A stretch of 51,758 bases of DNA from an uncultured Bacteroidota bacterium. Lineage in GTDB: Bacteria > Bacteroidota > Bacteroidia > Bacteroidales > UBA12077. The notes under the pieces are model-generated. The model was given only the letters and a program-made list of their open reading frames with translations. It was not told where the DNA came from and ran no database searches. The stretch covers positions 1-51,758 of the forward strand of contig CAJXLE010000002.1 in NCBI GenBank assembly GCA_913055895.1, read 5' to 3'. A program made the translations under genes and the position numbers. Of the stretch, positions 46,276 through 51,758 are shown one piece after another (position 1 is the stretch's first letter; every line of letters begins with the position of its first letter).

Positions 46276-48753
46276 CTATTGCGATGCAATGGCTTGAAAC
46301 CATTTCTGGGCCTTTTGTTCGAATTGCTCAATCTCCGGCCACAGTTCGGTATCTTCGAGGCGGGGCTTCAGGCGGGCGATCAGCTCATCCACCTGACGTT
46401 TGAAATTCTCCGCCGAACGAACAAACTTAGCTTTTGTCTCCTTCGAGCGGATCTTGCCATACATTTCACGAAGACCAAAGTAAGCTTCGTTCAGCCTGAG
46501 AAGATCCATAGCCGCTGGATGCCCGTACTCTGACACCAACACTCTAAGCAGGGTAAGATCGGGCTTGTATTCGCGGGCATTCCACATCCCGGAACTAAGG
46601 GTTTTTGCCCTGATCCGGTCCAATGCACCCATGGGTGACAGGTGGGCATACATCCCCCCTGTATTGGCGCCGGTCAAATCATCCGGCAACTGAACGATAA
46701 AATGGCGAAACAGGCTGCCCATTCTTGCCTTGCCGGGATAAGCATTTAAAAAGGTCTTCCTGGACAAGGGATGGATCTGCTGGCTGAAAAAGACCGGTTC
46801 TTTACCTGTCAGTTTCCGGATGTATGCAGTTTCGGCCGGGTCAATGAGCAGGGGATGCTCCACCGGTCCCGACCACAGAAGATCCACCTCCGGGGGGACC
46901 TTACGGAAAAACTCTTTCAGAAACAATTCTCCCCTGCCATGACTCTGAATGATGCAGCGGTTGTTGTGCCAGAAAGGCATGTACCCGATTTCCAAACCAT
47001 CGCCGGCTCTCTCCGAGATGTTTCGGATCAGCCCGGAATGAATGTCCAAAAGATTGCGATAATGGTTGTAGGAGACACTTTCTTTGATCTCCGGAAGGCA
47101 GGAGTCCCGGCCGGCACCTCTGGTTTGGTCCATTCTCAGCACCACACTGCTGAAATGGTGATCCCTGGCATAGTCGACCAGCCGGTTGACGTCTTGTTCA
47201 GTTGCACAACCATCGGCATGATCGTCCCATCCCATGCTTTCAGGCAGGCGGGGGCGCACCGACACGCCTGGTGCAAAAAGTTCTCCATCAAGGGAGGCAT
47301 CACCCAACTGTGCTATATAACTGCGAAGGGTGCCGCTTTGATGCTCCCGGGCCTTTATAAGTATACGGTTAAAACGCTGGCGGGACAGAAAATTAATTTT
47401 TTCGCCGTTCTCGCTTGTGGGTTGCCAGTAAATGCCCCTTCGTTCCATATCCGGATAATCGACAATGGCGGCATGATGGTACCGCAGGTTTTCGGCATCC
47501 AACAAGTCTACCAGGGTGGTGGTGCCATAATATGTACCAACGGGCTCATTTCCTGCCACGACCACGACAGATTTCTCACTTTCGGGCGAATGGATGAAGT
47601 AACCCTGTGGATGGGCTTTCAGCCGGTCATATGGCAGCCGGTCGCGGTATTTCCTTGTCAGGACATTGTCGCCCAGCGAAAAAACCACGGAGGCGTTGGG
47701 GATGTTGTCAGCGTCTTGTGTTGCAACGAGCGGTATGTTGTGACGACGGTATTTTTCTGACAGGCCGGCAAGATGTCTTCGCAACATATCTGCTGATTCC
47801 CGCACCACTGCACCTGCATCGGGGGCGATGACCACCACAGGATGCTTTTCATACCGACCCGTATCAAAAAGTGGCCAGGCACTCCCGGGTTGCATGTGCT
47901 TAGGCTGGGGCACCAGCAGGTCATAGGGTGTAAATGTACTGTCCTGCCAGTCTTTGAGTCGCTCGTAAAGGGAAAAGTTCCGGTGTGTATACCTTAAATC
48001 CACATCATCCACCCAGATGGTGCCGGGGCCTTTCAATCCGAAATATATCCTTATATAACGCGGGTTCTCAGGCAGGTCGCCATCGGCAAAAGGAAATTTA
48101 TGGCTGATGCCCCTTGTACGCATCCATCCCAGGGAATCGATCTTCCAGTAACCCGAAAAAGGAAGGGCTTTAAACTCGTTGTCAAAACGGATACCGGTGA
48201 CCGGGTTTCTGGCCGCACCACCTATGCGGATCTTGTTCTTATCGTAATAGTATATCCTCACGTTGAGGGCATCCTGCAGACGGCTGCCCAGCCTCCCGGT
48301 GTAGGAGGATAGGTCATCCACCCGCAGGGAGTAGTTAAGGCGGTAATTACCGGGTATCACCTTGATGAAATCACTAAGCATACCTGCTCCCTGCTGCACC
48401 ACCTCGTCAGACACCTCCCGGCTTATTCTGATGGCATGGTCGCCACTGCTCACTTCGCTGGGATGATGGCCTTCCTTGCGCGTGTCCACCCATACGGTGG
48501 CATTGCCAATTTCCGTCCAGCCGGGAAGTTCAAAAGTATTGAACTGGTCATTAAAGAAACGCCCCCGTTCAAAGGAAGGATTTAAAACCATGTTACCCGC
48601 CTTTAGTTCACTCATGCGCCTGTTTAATGGAATGTTCAGGGGATCGCGGCTCGACCACTGGGCCTTGTTGATGGTAGCCTTATCTTCCTTGGCACAGGAG
48701 GCCCACAAAAGCGTCAACATCAGCATGAAAAGAAAACAACGAAATGCTTGCAT
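46276..48753 (-). CDS. Lipoprotein with an N-terminal CBM4/9-like jelly-roll, a GH20b-type alpha/beta domain and a divergent GH84-like (beta-N-acetylglucosaminidase family) barrel
   Basis: Lipobox LTLLWASCAKE from the ATG at 48753. NPSFERG...W sugar-binding-module pattern. QGYFIHSPE..VVVVAGNEPVGTYYGTTTLVDLL then DYPDMERRGI, a typical GH N-domain/barrel junction. LLWSGPVEH and SGMWNAREYKPD resemble the GH84 blocks WTGxxV and YxWNPxxY. C-terminal helical bundle. The family call rests on an eyeball alignment. Confidence 0.5.
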   Translation of the reverse strand: MQAFRCFLFMLMLTLLWASCAKEDKATINKAQWSSRDPLNIPLNRRMSELKAGNMVLNPSFERGRFFNDQFNTFELPGWTEIGNATVWVDTRKEGHHPSEVSSGDHAIRISREVSDEVVQQGAGMLSDFIKVIPGNYRLNYSLRVDDLSSYTGRLGSRLQDALNVRIYYYDKNKIRIGGAARNPVTGIRFDNEFKALPFSGYWKIDSLGWMRTRGISHKFPFADGDLPENPRYIRIYFGLKGPGTIWVDDVDLRYTHRNFSLYERLKDWQDSTFTPYDLLVPQPKHMQPGSAWPLFDTGRYEKHPVVVIAPDAGAVVRESADMLRRHLAGLSEKYRRHNIPLVATQDADNIPNASVVFSLGDNVLTRKYRDRLPYDRLKAHPQGYFIHSPESEKSVVVVAGNEPVGTYYGTTTLVDLLDAENLRYHHAAIVDYPDMERRGIYWQPTSENGEKINFLSRQRFNRILIKAREHQSGTLRSYIAQLGDASLDGELFAPGVSVRPRLPESMGWDDHADGCATEQDVNRLVDYARDHHFSSVVLRMDQTRGAGRDSCLPEIKESVSYNHYRNLLDIHSGLIRNISERAGDGLEIGYMPFWHNNRCIIQSHGRGELFLKEFFRKVPPEVDLLWSGPVEHPLLIDPAETAYIRKLTGKEPVFFSQQIHPLSRKTFLNAYPGKARMGSLFRHFIVQLPDDLTGANTGGMYAHLSPMGALDRIRAKTLSSGMWNAREYKPDLTLLRVLVSEYGHPAAMDLLRLNEAYFGLREMYGKIRSKETKAKFVRSAENFKRQVDELIARLKPRLEDTELWPEIEQFEQKAQKWFQAIASQ

Positions 48754-48952
48754 ATGATCCCGGGAAATTGAAGTATGGCACCAGCCCATACACATGGGTT
48801 GGATGCAATAAAATTAAGCAATAATTCAAAACAAACCAAACAGCTGACATGTTGATTCTGCTGGAATGTGGGTACACAATATCATGCATGAGGCTGTATG
48901 AAAATATCAAGCTTCAGGGTTGCTCCGACATACAGCCTTACACCCTACTGGC

Positions 48953-50092
48953 CTAAGCCGTTTTCCTGTAGCGCCAGACGGCCAGTGTCAGGCTTATAAA
49001 AGCATACACCACCAAACTGTAGAATTCCACTACAATATCGGCAAAGCCCGAGCCTTTAAGCAGGATCATACGAATAACCTTCATCAGATAAGCTATGGGA
49101 TTGATCACGTTGAGCTTTTCGGCCCATTCGGGCATGCTCTCTGTTGGGGTAAAAATACCGCTCATCAGAATAAACACCAGCATAAAGAAAAAGGTCACAA
49201 ACATCACCTGTTGCTGTGACTCGGAGATCACGGAAAGGAAAAGACCAAATCCCAGTATCACCAGCAGGTAGACCAGGGTGAATCCAAAAAGCAAGGCCAG
49301 GCTCCCGACAATGGGGACATCAAAAATGATCCTACCCAGGAACAAACCAAAGGCCAGTTCAAAAAGGGCGATGATCAGGAAAGGGACAAGTTTGCCGACG
49401 ATAAACTGGTATTTGCGTATAGGGGTAACATTGATCTGTTCAATGGTTCCCATCTCCTTTTCGCGGACAATGTTCATTGCCGTCAGAAACAGGCTGATGA
49501 TGGTCACCAGTATCACCAGGATACCCGGCACCATATAAATCTTATAATTCATCTCCGGGTTGTACCAGTAGGAATAGACCACATCGAGAGGTGCCGTGGC
49601 ATGGGCGGTTCGGCCCTGCGACCATTCCACTGCGATGTCCCTGTTGTAGCCGGATATGATTCTCGAGGAGTAGGCATTGATCAAGCCGGCAGCGTTGCCG
49701 TTGATGGCATTGATCATCAGCTGTACTGGGGCATGGCCGTCATTGTGCAGGTCATGCTCAAAGTTTTGCGGAATGTGGAGGATCAGTTCCGCCCTGTCCC
49801 TTAGCATTTTATCATAACCCTGATCCACCCGGAATGAGCGGTCGACGATGTTGTAAAAGGGAGAAGCCTCGAACTTATCCACCAGCTGCCTGGATGTAGT
49901 GGAAAGGTCCTTGTCGGCAACAAACACATCGATGTCCTTCATGTCGAAAGTAGCGGCATTGACCAGTATCAACAGCTGGACAAAAGGCAGCACGATGATC
50001 ATGGGCAACATGGTCCGGTTGCGCAGGATCTGTATGAATTCTTTCTGTAATATGAACAATATGGTTCTCATGGCACAGGAGCTTCTATTCAA
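48953..50092 (-). CDS. ABC-2 type transporter permease
   Basis: N-terminal KEFIQILRNRTMLPMIIVLP, a large extracytoplasmic loop and five C-terminal TM helices, as in the ABC2_membrane_3 architecture. An alternative ATG at 50071 (MRTILFILQKEF) is equally plausible. Confidence 0.85.
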   Translation of the reverse strand: MNRSSCAMRTILFILQKEFIQILRNRTMLPMIIVLPFVQLLILVNAATFDMKDIDVFVADKDLSTTSRQLVDKFEASPFYNIVDRSFRVDQGYDKMLRDRAELILHIPQNFEHDLHNDGHAPVQLMINAINGNAAGLINAYSSRIISGYNRDIAVEWSQGRTAHATAPLDVVYSYWYNPEMNYKIYMVPGILVILVTIISLFLTAMNIVREKEMGTIEQINVTPIRKYQFIVGKLVPFLIIALFELAFGLFLGRIIFDVPIVGSLALLFGFTLVYLLVILGFGLFLSVISESQQQVMFVTFFFMLVFILMSGIFTPTESMPEWAEKLNVINPIAYLMKVIRMILLKGSGFADIVVEFYSLVVYAFISLTLAVWRYRKTA

Positions 50093-51191
50093 GTCGTATT
50101 CTGAAGTTCAGTATGCTCAATCCTATAAAGGCGGCTGTCATACCCAGCAACACCAGGGTCTCCTTCCAAATGAAAAGCAATCCGGTACCTTTTATCATAA
50201 TGCTCTTTATCAGGATGATAAAATATTTTGCCGGGATGATCGTGCTCAGCCATTGAAGGGGCCAGGGCATGTTTTCAACGGGGAAGATGAACCCCGATAG
50301 CAGCATGGTTGGCAGGAGCAGTGCAAACATGGAAACAAACATGGCCACCTGCTGGGTGGGACTCACCGTTGAGATAAAGATCCCCAGGGAAAGGGCCATG
50401 ATGATGTACAGGAGGGTCTCTGCCAGCAACAGCAGGATGCTCCCGTGGACCGGCATGCCGAATACCAGGTAACCCAGGGCCAGGATGACCACGGCGTTGA
50501 GGAAAGCCAGCGAGACATAAGGGGCCACTTTGCCTGCTATGATCTGGATGGATTTGAGAGGTGAAACCAGCAGCACTTCCATCGTGCCCATCTCCTTCTC
50601 CCTGGTAATGCTGATGGAAGTCATCATAGCAGTCACCAGCATCAGGATCAGGGCCATGGTGCCGGGGACAAACATATAGACGCTTTTCAGCTCGTTGTTA
50701 AAAAGCATCCTGGGTTGGGCCTGTATCACCGGCATATCACCACTGCTCACCCTGATTTGACGGGAATAGTCACCGATAATGCCGGCGGTATAGCTTTGAA
50801 GCAGGTTGGCCATGTTGGCATCGGTGGCATCCAGCAGTATCTGTACCTGGGCGGAACCTTCATTAGTGAGTTTCTCATCGAAGTTGGGTTCAAAAACGAT
50901 GACCTCCTTTATGTCGCCCTGTTGAAAGATCTCCTTGATTTGATCGCCACTTTCAATGCGCCTGGACAGTCGAAAATAGCCGGAAGAGAGAATCTTGTCG
51001 GTTATCTTACGGGTTACGGCATCCTTCGACTGATCGTAGATGGCTATGCGGGCTTCCTTAATTTCGTTGGTGACCACGTATCCAAAGATCAGTATCTGGG
51101 CCACCGGCATACCAAAAAGTATCAGCAACGTCCTTCTGTCGCGGAAAATATGGATGAATTCTTTTTTTACAAATCCCAAAAAGCGTTTCAT
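50085..51191 (-). CDS. ABC-2 type transporter permease (paralogue of the downstream gene)
   Basis: KKEFIHIFRDRRTLLILFGMP with the same architecture as 48953-50092. I prefer the ATG at 51191 (MKRFLGF). The track start at 51230 adds 13 residues. Confidence 0.85.
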   Translation of the reverse strand: MKRFLGFVKKEFIHIFRDRRTLLILFGMPVAQILIFGYVVTNEIKEARIAIYDQSKDAVTRKITDKILSSGYFRLSRRIESGDQIKEIFQQGDIKEVIVFEPNFDEKLTNEGSAQVQILLDATDANMANLLQSYTAGIIGDYSRQIRVSSGDMPVIQAQPRMLFNNELKSVYMFVPGTMALILMLVTAMMTSISITREKEMGTMEVLLVSPLKSIQIIAGKVAPYVSLAFLNAVVILALGYLVFGMPVHGSILLLLAETLLYIIMALSLGIFISTVSPTQQVAMFVSMFALLLPTMLLSGFIFPVENMPWPLQWLSTIIPAKYFIILIKSIMIKGTGLLFIWKETLVLLGMTAAFIGLSILNFRIRLE

Positions 51192-51342
51192 GTGATGGTA
51201 TTTAAATATATTTTTTGCTTGCCCAGGCAAACCTTCTCCATCGCTGATCGATCAGGTCGGTTTAGCGAGCCTTGTTATGCAAATGGCACCACTTCCCTAA
51301 AGACGGACATTACAAACGCCGAAGGCTTCTTTTCACAGCCTG

Positions 51343-51758
51343 TCAGCGTGCTATTTGAACAAAAACCTCGTTCATATCTCCCGCACCATAAGCCTTTTTA
51401 AGGTTGGCTGGGGTGTCCAGTGCTTCTATCCTTCCACGGTCCATGATGGAAACCCGGTCGCAATATTCGGCCTCATCCATGTAGTGGGTGGTGACAAAAA
51501 CCGTGACCCGGCGGGAGGCTGTTTCATATATCATCTCCCAGAACTGACGTCGGGTGATGGGATCAACCCCGCTGGTGGGCTCATCCAGGAAAACAATGCG
51601 TGGCTCGTGCATGATGGCAATGGAAAAAGCCAGCTTCTGCTTCCAGCCAAGGGGAATGTCAGAAATTTTCTTGTTGATGGCATGGTAAAAGTTCAATTTC
51701 TCCAGCAGAAAGGCGGTGCGCTCCCTGATTTTTCTTCTTCGCAGCCCGTAAATACCAC
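51343..51758 (-). CDS. ABC transporter ATP-binding protein, C-terminal part (gene continues past the window end)
   Basis: The frame stays open to the window edge. Signature-like GWKQKLAFSIA, Walker B IVFLDEPTSGVD, D-loop and H-loop VFVTTHYMDEA. Confidence 0.9.
   Translation of the reverse strand, partial: GIYGLRRRKIRERTAFLLEKLNFYHAINKKISDIPLGWKQKLAFSIAIMHEPRIVFLDEPTSGVDPITRRQFWEMIYETASRRVTVFVTTHYMDEAEYCDRVSIMDRGRIEALDTPANLKKAYGAGDMNEVFVQIAR

Noticed and set aside
1-51758. Scan for CRISPR arrays, IS elements or inverted terminal repeats, prophage or defence modules, and rRNA or other large structured RNAs.
   Set aside because: I saw no regularly spaced direct repeats and no transposase, integrase, reverse transcriptase, nuclease or methylase-like translation. 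Every intergenic region above 150 bp was read by eye and showed only promoters, terminators and the features listed above. This was a manual scan, so small or degenerate elements could have been missed.

Overview
This 51.8-kb window looks like a gene-dense, mostly core-genome segment of a Bacteroidota/FCB-group bacterium. Supporting signs are the rpmB-rpmG-DUF4295-ftsY-rimO string, many lipoprotein-type signal peptides and TAnnTTTG-type -7 boxes. I call 48 protein-coding genes (two cut by the window edges), one tRNA-Thr(CGU), one decayed gene remnant, one short tandem repeat, about ten hairpin terminators and three tentative promoters. Housekeeping genes dominate: PBP1A, gyrA, clpC, tpx, rimO, ftsY, L28/L33, cinA, fabG, nrnA, ndk, recF, ribH, aroE, and a pta-ackA-ptb-buk fermentation operon. 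I found no rRNA, CRISPR array, transposase or integrase, phage genes, or recognisable defence or toxin-antitoxin genes. I also see no convincing discrete novel multi-gene system, and the window is best treated as ordinary chromosome with a few leads worth checking. (1) A tightly packed TPR / ComA-like phosphosulfolactate synthase / DUF368 (PopT-type) / aroE operon. (2) A CBM plus GH84-like lipoprotein whose catalytic motifs look substituted. (3) An orphan B12-binding radical SAM gene beside a decayed gene fragment. (4) Strong avoidance of TTA/CTA/TCA codons, which creates many very long codon-aligned antisense shadow ORFs (up to 588 aa) that I reject as genes. (5) A 50-aa DUF4295 gene missing from the ORF track. 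(6) A 485-bp non-coding gap ending in a perfect 24-bp hairpin. All homology statements come from reading the translations by eye. No database search was run.
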